Source: Cladosporium halotolerans
Lineage: Eukaryota
Assembly: GCF_011745625.1 (NCBI RefSeq)
Contig: NW_027191453.1
Span: forward strand, 930,001 to 994,000
Direction of reading: 5' to 3'
DNA: 64,000 nucleotides
Shown here: positions 33,588 through 44,999 of the stretch, one piece after another
How the letters are laid out: each line of letters begins with the position of its first letter
Position numbering within the stretch: position 1 is the first letter of the stretch
Notes under the pieces: model-generated
Databases searched by the model: none
The model's input: only the letters and a program-made list of their open reading frames with translations
Told to the model about the DNA's origin: nothing
Made by a program: the position numbers and the translations under genes

Positions 33588-35797
33588 TCAGTGAGCGCCG
33601 GGAATGCCGCTGCTTCCCATGCCGCTCTGCTGCGAGCCAGCGCTGGGAATGTTGCTGCTGCCCATGCCGGTCTGAGAGCCAGCGCTCGGGATGTTGCTGC
33701 TTCCCATGCCGCCCTGAGAGACGGCGCCGCTTGGAACGCTGCCGAGCGAACCGCCGCCTGGAGCCATGATGGGACCGCCGTTGGCGACCTGAATAGCGCC
33801 GCCCATGGCAAAGCGCTGGTCGAGCTCGTCGTAGTTGAGCACGAACTCACGCCTCTCGCGCCGCCAGTTCATGACGTCGAAGAAGACGTAGACGCCACGC
33901 TCGACGCGCTCGCTGACACGGACGGGCGGCACAGCGATCGGAGCACCATTGGTGAGGTCCAGAATCTGCATGCTCGAGGTGGTGTTGGCTTCGCGAGTGT
34001 CCTTCTGGAGCCACTGCCTAAGTAGCTTGTGCCAGCGCCAGTCGCGCGCAGTGAGCTCCTGGGCAGCGAGCTCTTGCATGATGTCGTGCGGCATCGTGTA
34101 GAAGATGCAGAAGAGAGTTTCTGCGGAAGAGTCAGCGTTCTGTCTGGGTTAAGAGGGGATAAGGCATGCGTACCATCGCTCAGAGCAGCGACGCGACCGG
34201 CCAACGGCGGGACATTGTTGACGGTGTAGGCCGGGGGGAGATGGAAGTCAGGAATGGTGTGCCGGTCGTGGAAATCGAAGGCACTGCCACTCGAGTTCGC
34301 AGCAGGGAAGGGGGTGAAGGTTGGGTAGAGAGGCTCGTTGCTGTCAAGGTCCATGCCTAGAGCACTGAGGTCCTGGCCAAAGAAGATGGGGTTGCGCATG
34401 ATCGGCGGAAGCGTCTCATCGACAGGCAGGCCGGCCTCAAGATTCTTGCGAGCCTCGTACGCGGCTGACAGGCCTTCAAGGCCGAACTTCTCGGCCTCCG
34501 TCATATCAGCGTAGCGCTTCACACCATTGGTGGGTGCAGCAGGCTGCTGGGGAGCGGCGAGCACGGAGTGCGGGGGTTGCTGTGGCATAATGTTAGCAGG
34601 CGTTGACGAGACTTGGTGTGCATATCTCACCTGGTTGGAAGTCGTCGGCGCGAGAGGCTGTCCGATCGGAGCTTGCTGGGTGTGAGTATTATTGTCGCGG
34701 AACGGGAGTTGCATCGGGTGTCCGCTAGCCTGCGTGTCCGGAGAGCGGAGAGTTGGGCCACCCGGGGTGGTTGACTGACCAAACGCCTCGACGTTGGTCT
34801 GGACACCAAGGGGTGGAAACTCGTTGTCACCTCCACTCGACTGGTCTGCCGACTGCTGACGGGTCCTGTTACTATCAGACTGATCAGTGGATTGCTGCGA
34901 TAATGTCGCCGACGGAGCTCTCTGCTGCTGTGACTGTTGATGCTGCTGAGGTTGCTGTTGAGGCTGCGTCTGCTGCTGCGGTTGTTGAGGATGTTGAGGT
35001 GCCTGAGTCTGCTGCTGAGGAGCTCTCTGCTGCTGGATTGGCTGCGGGTGTTGCTGCTGCGGTTGGCGAAGGATGTTGCTATTCCAGTTGGACTGCCCGG
35101 TATTGCTCGATGGCTGAGGTCCACCTGAGAGGCTCGGAAAGTCACTGTCATGCTTGTCAGCAGCACGCATCTTCGCGGCATCCGCGTAAGAAAGCATCGG
35201 ACGGAGTCCCATGGTCGAGGAGCGGCGGTGGATGTTGTTCTTTTTGGTTGGGTCGTTCAAACTTCCGCGCGGGAATCTCATCATGTTTTTTTCTCGCGTG
35301 TGTGACCAGAAGTGAGGGGCTCACGGCCTACTCCCACTTTTACTCTTGCAGGCAGGAGCGGGATGATGCCATTGGCGCGCGCGCGCGCGCGCTCTCTACG
35401 CATCGCGGCGCGACCAATCGCTCCTCCTGTCGCGCGAGCCTCCGCGAACCATCTCATGGCGCCGCTCCCACGAAACCGTCCGCCCGAAGACCGTGACGAC
35501 TTACCTCATATCAATCGGCGCCTGCGATCCACCACCCATGACCTGAGCAAAACCGCTCAACTGTGTCGGTCTGGGACCCAGTCCCGGTGCTCCTCCTAGA
35601 CCTGCTCCAGCAGCAGCCGCGCCGGCGAACCCCCCAGGAGCGGCTCCCCCTGCATTACCACCAGGCAGACCGAACCCCCATCCTGTGCCGTTCCCTAACC
35701 CGGGCTTCTGTGTGTTCTGGAGTCGCGGTGTCTGGCGCGCGGCGCCGCCGGGCTGTTGTTGTTGCGAACCGTAGCCGGGCATGTTCATTGATCGCAT
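33588..35797 (-). CDS. NOT2: CCR4-NOT complex subunit Not2, 4 exons (start codon uncertain)
   Basis: Motifs SGFAQVMG...DMS-DFPSLS, Q-rich middle, KFGLEGL, GQDLSALGMDL, IPDFHLPPAYTVNNVPP and the NOT-box DETLFCIFYTMPHDIMQELAAQELTARDWRWHK. Introns 35145-35504, 34580-34630 and 34121-34173. Confidence 0.9.
33596..33716 (-). repeat. Coding tandem repeat (39-42 bp x3) encoding GMGSS(N/G)IP(S/G)A at the Not2 C-terminus
   Basis: Three near-identical gggaatg..gctgc..cccatgcc units on the + strand. Confidence 0.85.
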
Positions 35798-36616
35798 GGT
35801 AATGGTACTAGTCGAAGTCGCTGCTGATACCCAAGTATTAGCAGCGGTACATGGCAGGTCCGTGTGGCAGAGAGATAACGGCGTGGTGGTTGGGAGAGCG
35901 GGCTTCTACTTGTACGCGCAAGTCGCGTTCTGCGCGCGCGATCGGTGAACGGTACTCCTGCGGTTTTTTTGCACTTTCAAAGAAGCTTTTGTCTCCCGCT
36001 CCCATGATATCCCGGCCTATCTTCATCTCTTGACCCAAGAATGAACGCACCAAAGCGATTGTCCTTCTCCGATTCCGCCCCTCTCTCTCGGTGCCAAAAG
36101 AACTTGTGGGCTTCGCTAGGATGAGCTGAAAGGTTCTCGTACTGGCTTAGACTAGCGACGAGCTTCAATAGGGATGCGATTGAGTGTAAGGTGAGGTTAA
36201 GTTAGGTTGTCGCTAAGGCCGACCTCGAGCGCACGCACGCAGACGTCGATGCGGCTCGGAAGCTTGACTTTGTGGGGGAACTGCTCGCTGGGCGGCGATC
36301 GCAAGTGTGGCGTAGGGCTGAGCAGCGGTCGTGTCGTGTGAGTCAATGCATGGCATTGGAGTATATTGTAGAAGGAAAAGGCTCGCAGGCACATGAGATA
36401 TTGGAAAAGAGATCGCAAAGTTGTGACGGTAATGGCAGATGTACAGCGGATGTGAGATTCGTTGTCAAGAGTATACAGAAATGAACGCTTCAGATGCAAC
36501 ACAAACCCGTGAATTCATGAACATGTGCGACCAGAGCACGAAGTCCTCAGGAAGAAAACACGGCTGTACATTTCCCAAGTCTCCAGTCCTCTCCTCCCGC
36601 AAGTAAACAGTCTTCC

Positions 36617-37186
36617 TCAAGCACGACCGGCATCCTTCTCCATCATCTTCCTCCTGGCCTCCAGAATCATGTCCTCCCTCCTCTTCTTCAAGCCCTCCGC
36701 TCTTGCCGCCTTGTCGCTTGTCCACGCCGAACGCTTCTGCTCCTCATTCCTAACCGGCTCCTTGCCCTTGTCGCTAATCCTGCTCTGCAACCCATACCTC
36801 GTGATCAAATCCGGCTGCCCCGCCGCCGCGCTCGGCGCAACACTACTCCTCTGTTCCGTCGGCTGCGCCGGAAGCGGCGGCTGGTAGCTAGGCGGCGGGT
36901 TATCAAGACCGCGCCCTGTGAGGATCCTCTCGGACGTCGCGGCGACGTTGCCGCCGTTGCGGTGGAGGTCCCAGGCTATGCTGCGGCGGTCGAGCTGTGG
37001 GAACATGGCGCTGATCTGGGCGACTTGCGCAGGGTCGACGGCGCGACCGCGAGAGCTGCCGCTGCTGCTATTGCTGCCGCCGGAGGAGGGCGGGGGTTTG
37101 TTGAGGTACCATCGGATGGCGAAGAAGCCGACGAGGGCGACGGCGAGGAGTTGGGGGATGTTGATGGATGTTTCGGTTTGGGCCAT
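36617..37186 (-). CDS. ER-membrane CUE-domain protein (Cue1/Cue4-like, ERAD)
   Basis: ATG 37186 with an N-terminal TM (LLAVALVGFFAIRWY). CUE motif AMFPQLDRRSIAWDL, PDLITRYGL and a C-terminal Ubc7-binding-like helix KRREDMILEARRKM. Confidence 0.85.
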   Translation of the reverse strand: MAQTETSINIPQLLAVALVGFFAIRWYLNKPPPSSGGSNSSSGSSRGRAVDPAQVAQISAMFPQLDRRSIAWDLHRNGGNVAATSERILTGRGLDNPPPSYQPPLPAQPTEQRSSVAPSAAAGQPDLITRYGLQSRISDKGKEPVRNEEQKRSAWTSDKAARAEGLKKRREDMILEARRKMMEKDAGRA

Positions 37187-37865
37187 TTTGGCGGGCTGTG
37201 GGAGAAAGATCTCGTCCAGGAGAGCGTGTGGGTGGGAAATGCGTGGCCGAGACCGTTTGTGGCAGGCCTGTGTTCGTGCAGTCGAGATAATGGGTGCCTC
37301 GGCGGCGGACCGGATTGGGCTGTCGAGGGTATGTTGGGGCACGCGGTCTACCTCACGAGCGTTGCGATGTTTCAATTGATGAAGTGAGTGCTCTCCAAGT
37401 GATATTTCGCGCAGTCTGCAAGTGAAGGTTAACCTTAGGATGTAGGAAGGGTGCAGTCAATGAGGATACAAAGCGCCGGAGTTGTCAAGTCACTGTTGGG
37501 CGGCCGCTTGCTGGAGCCTGCACCGCCACACTCGCCTTGAGGAAGTCGCGAAACACTCGATCAGGTCGCGGATCACGCTCAAATGACATTTTAAAGCACA
37601 GGCACACTGGAAGATATGTTGAATCAAAGTAAAGAGTGTGTACCGTTGACCGCTATCCATGATAAGTGAAGTCGTGAATGAACATAATTATGCTAAGTTT
37701 CGTCCAGAAACGAAAATCCACAGAACTGCCGATGGGTATCGTCCTATGCCAAAGAAAAGAAAGTTCCTCCAAACTCCCAAAACCATGCACTTTGTGTATG
37801 TGCCATGGTCAAGAAAAAATGAGAAGTCATTGAATTCGACCCACCCACCCAACCCGTAACCCAAA

Positions 37866-39182
37866 TTACCATCTTCCGTTTCCATACTGGTCTTCCATTT
37901 CTTCGTCAACGTCCCCTTCCACGCTGAACTTCGTGCCCAACGCAGCCTGTCCTTGTTTAATGAGCTCTTCCAACTGGCGGCTCATGTTTCCAATCGTTTT
38001 GTCTGCAACGCGGTCTTGCTTTGCTTGTCGCTTCATGTACCGCTCGGCTTCCGGGCTAACGTAGTCTGCGCCTGATCCACCGCCTGGGCTGATTCGGTGA
38101 CCTGCACTCGAATGCGGCCTCGACACAGGCGAACGCAGGTGCGCGACTGACGCACGTCGGTCGTGTCCGGCGGTAAACTGAGCCGGGCTTCCAAGTGGAG
38201 CCACATGAGCAGTCTGACGGCGGGTATTGATCGGTTGCAGACTGCGCCGAGAGGATGCGCGAGAAGCGTTTGGTCGAGAAGGTGCTAGCTTGGTGTTTTG
38301 GGACACCTGGCCGCCAGAGACCTTGCGCTTGGGACTTTGACCCGAAGCGTCTGGCGTGCCGACCATTACCCAAGCGTCTTTATCTGTTTGCCGACGCTTG
38401 TTCGGAGGACGAAGGTCGGACGATGGCGGCGATAAAGGGTTGTCTTGCTCGAAGTCGCCGAAAAAGTCATCCTCCTGCCATGAGCCAGGCACCGGTGTGG
38501 GAGGGCCCCTCCAACGGTCTACGCTAACAGACGGCGCTCCATCCAAGCCCTGCTTCTCGTTGAACTGGTAGCCATCTCCGCCGCCAGCATAAAATCCCTT
38601 GAAAACACTGGTGCCGAAGTTGAAGGCCTTGCCAACAAGACTGAAAGCGAATCTCGTCCAGCTGACCGGTGGATCTGCGCTATTCACATTCGACCCCCGT
38701 CCCAGTCCGTTTCGCTCACGAGCAAGAGGTCCTGAGATAGCAGAGCCGGTGTCTCCAAACGTAGCGTCTCTGTCTCTTGTGAATCTCCGGTCTTGGGCGT
38801 CCTGATCGATCGCTCGGTCCAAGTCAATGTTAGTGACTAGACCAGGGGTGTCGTATCCGCCAGACAGATCGTATTTCTCATTGATGACCAGCGAGTCTTG
38901 CCCGCTACTGAAGACGTCATCATCGTTCGGCGTAGCTGCATTTTGCGCCCAAGACGGTATTGTGTTCCATTTGGCTCCTTGCGCCCGCTCGTGATATGAA
39001 GAAGCAGGCCTAGAGCGCTTTCTGGAAGCTCCGTTTGAGAAATAGTCGGTAGATGTTGTGGCATGCGAGGGCGTTGAAGCGACAGAGGCCGGCGTTTTTG
39101 GAGGTTGAAAGAGGTGAGCATTCCGCCCGTTGCAAGGCGAGAAAATTGTGCGCTGCGACGATGTAGGTGTCGGGAAGACCAT
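37866..39182 (-). CDS. Hypothetical protein, 438 aa, largely disordered
   Basis: Single long ATG-initiated ORF. Blocks such as FKGFYAGGGDGY and LEELIKQGQAALGTKFSV look conserved. No domain was recognised. Confidence 0.75.
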   Translation of the reverse strand: MVFPTPTSSQRTIFSPCNGRNAHLFQPPKTPASVASTPSHATTSTDYFSNGASRKRSRPASSYHERAQGAKWNTIPSWAQNAATPNDDDVFSSGQDSLVINEKYDLSGGYDTPGLVTNIDLDRAIDQDAQDRRFTRDRDATFGDTGSAISGPLARERNGLGRGSNVNSADPPVSWTRFAFSLVGKAFNFGTSVFKGFYAGGGDGYQFNEKQGLDGAPSVSVDRWRGPPTPVPGSWQEDDFFGDFEQDNPLSPPSSDLRPPNKRRQTDKDAWVMVGTPDASGQSPKRKVSGGQVSQNTKLAPSRPNASRASSRRSLQPINTRRQTAHVAPLGSPAQFTAGHDRRASVAHLRSPVSRPHSSAGHRISPGGGSGADYVSPEAERYMKRQAKQDRVADKTIGNMSRQLEELIKQGQAALGTKFSVEGDVDEEMEDQYGNGRW

Positions 39183-39764
39183 GTTTGGCGTTTGCGATTT
39201 TCTAGCGGATCACCAAAATAAATATTGCGTCGAAATATTGAGCGGCTTCGCTAGGCTGGATTGCGGGTGGTTGGTAGTGCGACGGCTAACTGTCGGTGTG
39301 CGCAAGCGACGTGGAGCCTTTTTTCTGTAGCTCACACAACCTGGCGAGCAGGTCACATGACAGAGTGTAGTGTCGAGAAGTGAATGAAAGAGCTGGAGAG
39401 GATCCAGCCCGCGCGAGGTGGTGTTTGTGATGCGAACTGTGTCCGCAGGCTGTCGAAGAGGATGCGGGGAGGTCGCAGGCCAACAAAGCCCAGGGCGGGT
39501 TGTTAGGTGAAAGCCACAGCGACCGGCAGCCCAAAGGCAAATGCACAGCACCGCCACAGCGAAAGTGGACAACAAGCCCCTCGGCCAGCCCATGGAGGGA
39601 GGGTCCCGCTCTGGGACCGCCGGCACTAACATCCCACCCTGTCTCGCCGGGCACGCCTTTATACCCAAAAGAGGCACTTCACTTGCACTTGGCAGCTCTA
39701 CATTCGACGCCCATCCTCACAATCGACAAGCGGACGAAAGGCACCGCCTAAACGCTCGCCCATC

Positions 39765-41426
39765 ATGGCTATGGCCACGAAGACCGAATCGCACGCCCTC
39801 TTCGAGAAGCTGAGGCGCAAGGAGGCCAACAAGATCTGTTTCGACTGCGGTGCGAAGAATCCTACATGGTCCTCGATCCCGTTCGCCATCTACCTCTGCC
39901 TGGACTGCTCGGCGAACCACCGCAACTTGGGCGTTCATATTTCCTTTGTCAAGAGCACGAACCTTGATCGTGAGTTTCACCATGAAAAGTCCCGGGTCAG
40001 CACGGATCATCGTTTCGAGGGCTGGGGAACGCATGGGATACAATGCTGATGAACTCGCTTAGAGTGGCAATGGGAGCAACTTCGGCGCATGAAGACTGGC
40101 GGTAACGAGAGCGCGACTAAATACTTTCAGTCACACGGTGGATCGGCTGCGCTTGCGAGCAAGGACCCCAAGACGAAATACACCAGCAACGCAGCGAACA
40201 AATACAAGGATGAGCTCGCACGACGGGTAGAGGCAGATCAGAGGAAGTGAGTGGTATAACACACGGCGTAAAGAAACAGCGGCTGACAAGCACAAAGGAA
40301 TCCCGATAGCGTTACCGTCGAGGACGTCGCAGACATCAGCGAAGGTAGCGGCGCAAACACCCCAGCAGGCGAGCCCGACGACTTCTTCTCATCATGGGAC
40401 AAGCCCTCCATCAAGAGGCCCAGCAACCCGCCCTCGCGCACCGGAACCCCAGGCATCAACAGAACTGCATCTCCATTCCTCGGCGCCAACGGCAACGGAC
40501 AGGCAAGGTCCAAGTCGCCTCTGTCAGCGGCTGACCCTGCTGCATCTACCGCACCTCGCACCGTTTCCTCGAACGTGATTCGAAAGACCGCAACGTCCAG
40601 CAAGCCCAAGTCCAACATCCTCGGCGCGAAGAAAACCAAGCTCGGAGCCAAAAAGGTCGACGCCAGCGCACTGGACTTCGATGAGGCTGAGAAGAAGGCG
40701 CGCGAGGAAGAGGAGAGGAAGGAGAGACTGGGATACGATCCTGACGAGGGGGCAACTCCTGCTGAATCCCAGATCAACGCTGCTCAGCCTGCTAGCAACA
40801 CCACAATCCACCAGCCGACCCCGGTCAGCCCGCCCAGAGCAGGCGCTTACGGCAGCGGTAACCAGAACCGCCAGCGCAGTGATAGTGAAATGGAACGGTT
40901 AGGCATGGGTGTGCGCAAGCTTGGTTTTGGTCAGATTGGTGGTGCAAAGGCTGCGGCTCCTAAGCCTAAAGCGATGGGCTTCGGGTCTACTAGCAGGGCT
41001 GCTCCAGTCGAGGGTGAGTTGCGCGACGCTTGCGTTATTCTTCCATGAGACAGGTTTACTGACAGATATCTACTAGACGACTCGGAGCGCTACGCCCGCG
41101 ACAAGTTCGGCGTGCAAAAGGGTATCTCCTCCGATGAATTTTTCGGCAAAGGCGCGTACGACCCGAGCGCGCAGTCAGAGGCCAAGACTCGTCTGCAAGG
41201 CTTCGAAGGCGCGCAGTCCATTTCCTCAAACGCTTACTTCGGCCGTCCCGAAGACGAAGATGGTCCTGGTGGCGGAGAGGACTATGGAGATCTGGAGACG
41301 GCAGCCAAGGACTTTGTGCGGAAGTTTGGTATCACCGCTGGCGACGACCTGGAGAACTTGTCCAGCATGCTCGGAGAGGGCGCGACGAAGTTGCAGGGCG
41401 CCATTAGGAACTACCTGAACAACTGA
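39765..41426 (+). CDS. GLO3: ADP-ribosylation factor GTPase-activating protein, Glo3 type, 4 exons
   Basis: ArfGAP Zn finger [13 protein letters not shown]...[26 protein letters not shown]. Glo3 motifs GISSDEFFG and SISSNAYFG. Introns 39970-40062, 40247-40297 and 41014-41076. Confidence 0.93.
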
Positions 41427-41862
41427 GTGAAGTGTCGCACAACTTGATTCGGTCCCGGAAGCTGAGCGAGATTAGCGAAAGTTAGAGACGGCAAGATGCT
41501 GCAGTATTGTTCAATTCACTTGTGCCACGCGGTTTACGTCTTGACATGGCGCCTGAAACTTGCCGTCCCACTTATTTCCATCAATTTTGAAGGAATGGAC
41601 GACGTAAGTCAATCTTTATTTATTTTCAGGCTCTCGGCAAACCTCCTCCGTTGCAACCTCCTACGCTGTAAATATTTGCTCAAGTGAAATTGGGGAGAGG
41701 GCATTTCTGAGGCACGCCGGCGTTGCGGATATTTCTTCCATTGCAATAAACATGATCTACATTCTAGACATTCACTTGCTATCTCCTTGCCCGTCAGCTG
41801 TTCTGTCGATCAGTTATCTTATCATCAATCGTCGACCCAGCCCTTCGCATCATTCACCGACT

Positions 41863-42599
41863 CTAGCAGTTTCCGTGACCGAAAACCTGGCATTCGTACG
41901 ACTGGGTCCAGTTAATGGTTCCAGTGCCAGCCTCGAACTGCATCTGCAAACGAATGTCCTGGCACTCAGCCGGCGTTGGCTGGTTGGCATACTTGATATA
42001 CAAGTCTCCATTGGGCTCATCGTTTTCAGTGGCTGGGATGTCGCCGCAGGCTGGTTACATCGTTAATGGATAGCTCTATGAGAGGCTGTTGGGCGCCATA
42101 ACATACCATAGAATGCGTAATCTCTGCTGGAATCGCCGATGTAGCGGAACTCTGCAACGCCAGTCTCATTGTTGTACCCGTCCGCGATCCAGCCTTTGGA
42201 AGGGTTGTAGCCCGGCGTATCGGCGTACCTGAAGTCGGCGTGAACGAGGTAGTGGCCTGCCTCCCACTCGCCACCGCCGGCTTCGAAATATCCCGTGCCC
42301 CAGCACGGCGACGGGCTCTCCCTGGCACACCACATTTCGGCGCGGGCTTGCGAGAAGTCTTCGATGTCGCTAAGGCGGACTTTCTTGTTGTTGCTGCGGC
42401 CTTTGCGGAACATCAGATCGAAGGCTTCGTCGCCGTATGCTGGTTCGGGGAAGTGCGGCTCCACGGGCTCGCTCCAGAGGAAGCCGAGGGAGTCGCCGGT
42501 GGCAATGTTGATTGCTTCGATGGGCACGTTGCGCGCGGCCTGAACGATGGCAGGGGCGGCTAGGGCGACGAGTGAGGCTGCCGTAGCAAAGGACTTCAT
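41863..42599 (-). CDS. Small secreted cysteine-containing protein (~226 aa, 2 exons), function unknown
   Basis: Signal peptide MKSFATAASLVALAAPAIVQA. Intron 42051-42106 (GTATGT...TTAAC...CAG) extends the ORF with ACGDIPATE...ECQVFGHGNC, ending at TAG 41863. Six Cys in total. Confidence 0.75.
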
Positions 42600-43248
42600 G
42601 GTTGTGGTTGAAAAGGGTATATCTTTATGATTGGCGAGTGGGCTTGTTGGGGGTTAACAAGAACTATTCATTGCCGGGTGACATGTTCTCTTTTATAGCA
42701 GTAGTCGAACCAGAAGAGCGCACGGCTCCCGCTTTGCCTTCATGTCGTTGACCGTTAAGGCTATCCAAGCAGGCATTTGAGCGGAGCTGCTATCCGATCC
42801 GCGCAGTCTAGAGGCATCCCATCTTCGCAGGAGTGGTTTGATACGAAGATTCAATATCTACTAGCACCGTGTGAAGGTAGTAGTGTGTAGCACGCAACCT
42901 AATTGAGGCTGAAGCTCATTGCCGCTGGAGACAAGAAGCGGGCTAAGACTGCGGAAGGATTCACGGCTTGTACGGCTGAAGACGTATACCTAATTTTAGG
43001 TCGCACTCTTCGTAAAAGTGATATTTGCCAAGATTTATGCGCTTCAATATCTCAAAATGCCTTCATCAAAAAAAAAGTGTGCGGACCGAGATATCCAGAT
43101 TTAGTTGCATTGATGTCGGATCAGTAGCGATATAGACCGTCGAGCCGGTGTGTCCTCTCTCCCTCCCTCTCCACCTTCTCCCTCTCTTCATTCGACTTCC
43201 GCAAGCAGGCATCTCAGTTGGCAGGTTGTGCAACACCGTCACAGCTTC

Positions 43249-43990
43249 CTAAGTGCAGCCGCGAGGTCTGTCACTGATGCAGACGTCATGCGGCCCTCTC
43301 TTCACCTGAGTTCAACCGTCGAACACTGCCGCATCTCCTCCCCGCTGACGGCATCTTGCCCGAATGTGCCCTGTGCACTCGGGATCATATCGAGAGCTTT
43401 GCTCTTGATGGCCTGTACGCCTCCTGCCCAGCTTATGCATTCTTGGTTGCCGGTTAGGTCCCTGACGCAGATTGCCGACCTTGTAAGCTTGATGATGGTA
43501 TCCGTTCCGCCAGCTACCGTACTGGACAATGCTCCCAGAGCTCCGGCTTACAAGGCGTGCCTTTTGCTGATGTGCCACCCTTTGTTGACCCACTGGAAGA
43601 TGTATTTGAATATCTTCACCTAGACCTGCGGCTCTTGCGATGCTCATCGCACATGCTCTGGTAGTGCGAAGCTATATCGTCCGTGCAGCCGTCTGTATCA
43701 TGACACAGGGTTCCAGAGGCGATATGCAATACTGCCATCTTCTCCCAAATATCCACATCCAAGGTGCCATTATGATCCGAGAACCATGGGACTTGGTGCA
43801 GGGTAGTGAAAGCCAAGTCGTCCCAACTCTCGAGTCCGGGCATGAGGTCGATGTGCGTAATGTTGAGAGACACATCCCAATGGCCTTGCTCAGTCACGGA
43901 GGTGATGATGGCGTTGTTGGCAGCCGCTTGGTTAATGAGCAGTGCCAGCAGTGCCGCCCAGCAGACGTGCCCAGATCAGAGAATTGACAT
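43249..43990 (-). pseudogene. Disrupted gene for a secreted Cys-containing protein
   Basis: ATG 43990 reads MSIL*SGHVCWAALLALLINQAAA (a signal peptide with TGA at codon 5). There is a frameshift near 43620, an in-frame TAA at 43548-43550 and a further shift near 43310. It ends ...ECISW...VCISDRPRGCT*. Confidence 0.55.
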
Positions 43991-44999
43991 ATTTGAACTC
44001 CTGCCTGTAGAAGAAGTAGTCGGTGGCTAAGAATGCTGCCGCGTATATGGTGACGGTTGCCGGTATGATTCTGAAATTTCCTTTCGACATAGTGGAAACC
44101 CTAGTGATATCAGGTGCGATTTATGGTTGATTTTTATACTGGTGCTCCTGGAGGCTAGGTAGAATACTGTGGAGGTCAGTGTTGTTCAGAGACGTAGCGG
44201 CACCTCACACATGGCTGAGTATCGCGGAGGAGTCCGTGCGCGAGGAAAACCGCGCATCACCAGTCGTGCACCATTTGATCAGTGTGTCTTCTCAAAGCCT
44301 CACACCCACGGTCGTTTCATCGCCAACTGAGCGACACCCCCTTCATGAACACATGCTGTGTTGCTTGCGAATCTCCCTTGCGCATGCGACAAAGTGGACG
44401 TCGTTTGTTTGGACCATGAGGGCTCGAGGGGCACTTTCTGTATACTTTTCGTCCGAACCCTGCTGGGTTAGGAAGTTCATTGTTGCGCGTCGCTGGGCGT
44501 TACCGGGCACCAAACAATTGATTCGAAGCGCAGACTGGTATTGCTCCAAGTGTTTGTCCTCAATCACGATGTTGTTCCCGAGAATGAACTAGCAGAGCCG
44601 TAAGGTACCTTATCTATCTCTCATTTCGAAAGCTGAGGTGATGGATTGGAGAACGCCCGAAGATATGCCGGTCAATTAACGCGTCAATCGCGTCGCGGAA
44701 GCGGCCCGGGGCGTCGGAGGAGTTGCTGCGATGTGAACTTCCCGTTTGCGCCTTCTATACCCTGCCTTTACATTGTAACCCCTCTGCTTTCTGAGCGCGT
44801 GCGCAGCAAACATCGCCTGGTCGACAACGAGCCTCCGGCGCATCAAATTTCACCACCCAACAGTTACCAACCTGCGAATTTAATCAACGACACGCGAACG
44901 AAGTTTCATCCACGCGAGCCGAGCGCCATCTCGTGTTTCGGCGCTCAAAGCGCGTCACACCTTTGAAGCAAAGATTGCCAGCACCCATCGCCTACGACC

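Noticed and set aside
44100..44600. Possible transposon or gene remnant upstream of ISW2
   Set aside because: Only short ORFs; no RT or transposase motif, terminal repeats or target-site duplication seen.
44679..44700. MCB-like ACGCGT/CGCG motifs upstream of ISW2 (similar near HRQ1 at ~26900)
   Set aside because: Plausible but too short and too common in this CpG-rich genome to support as features.
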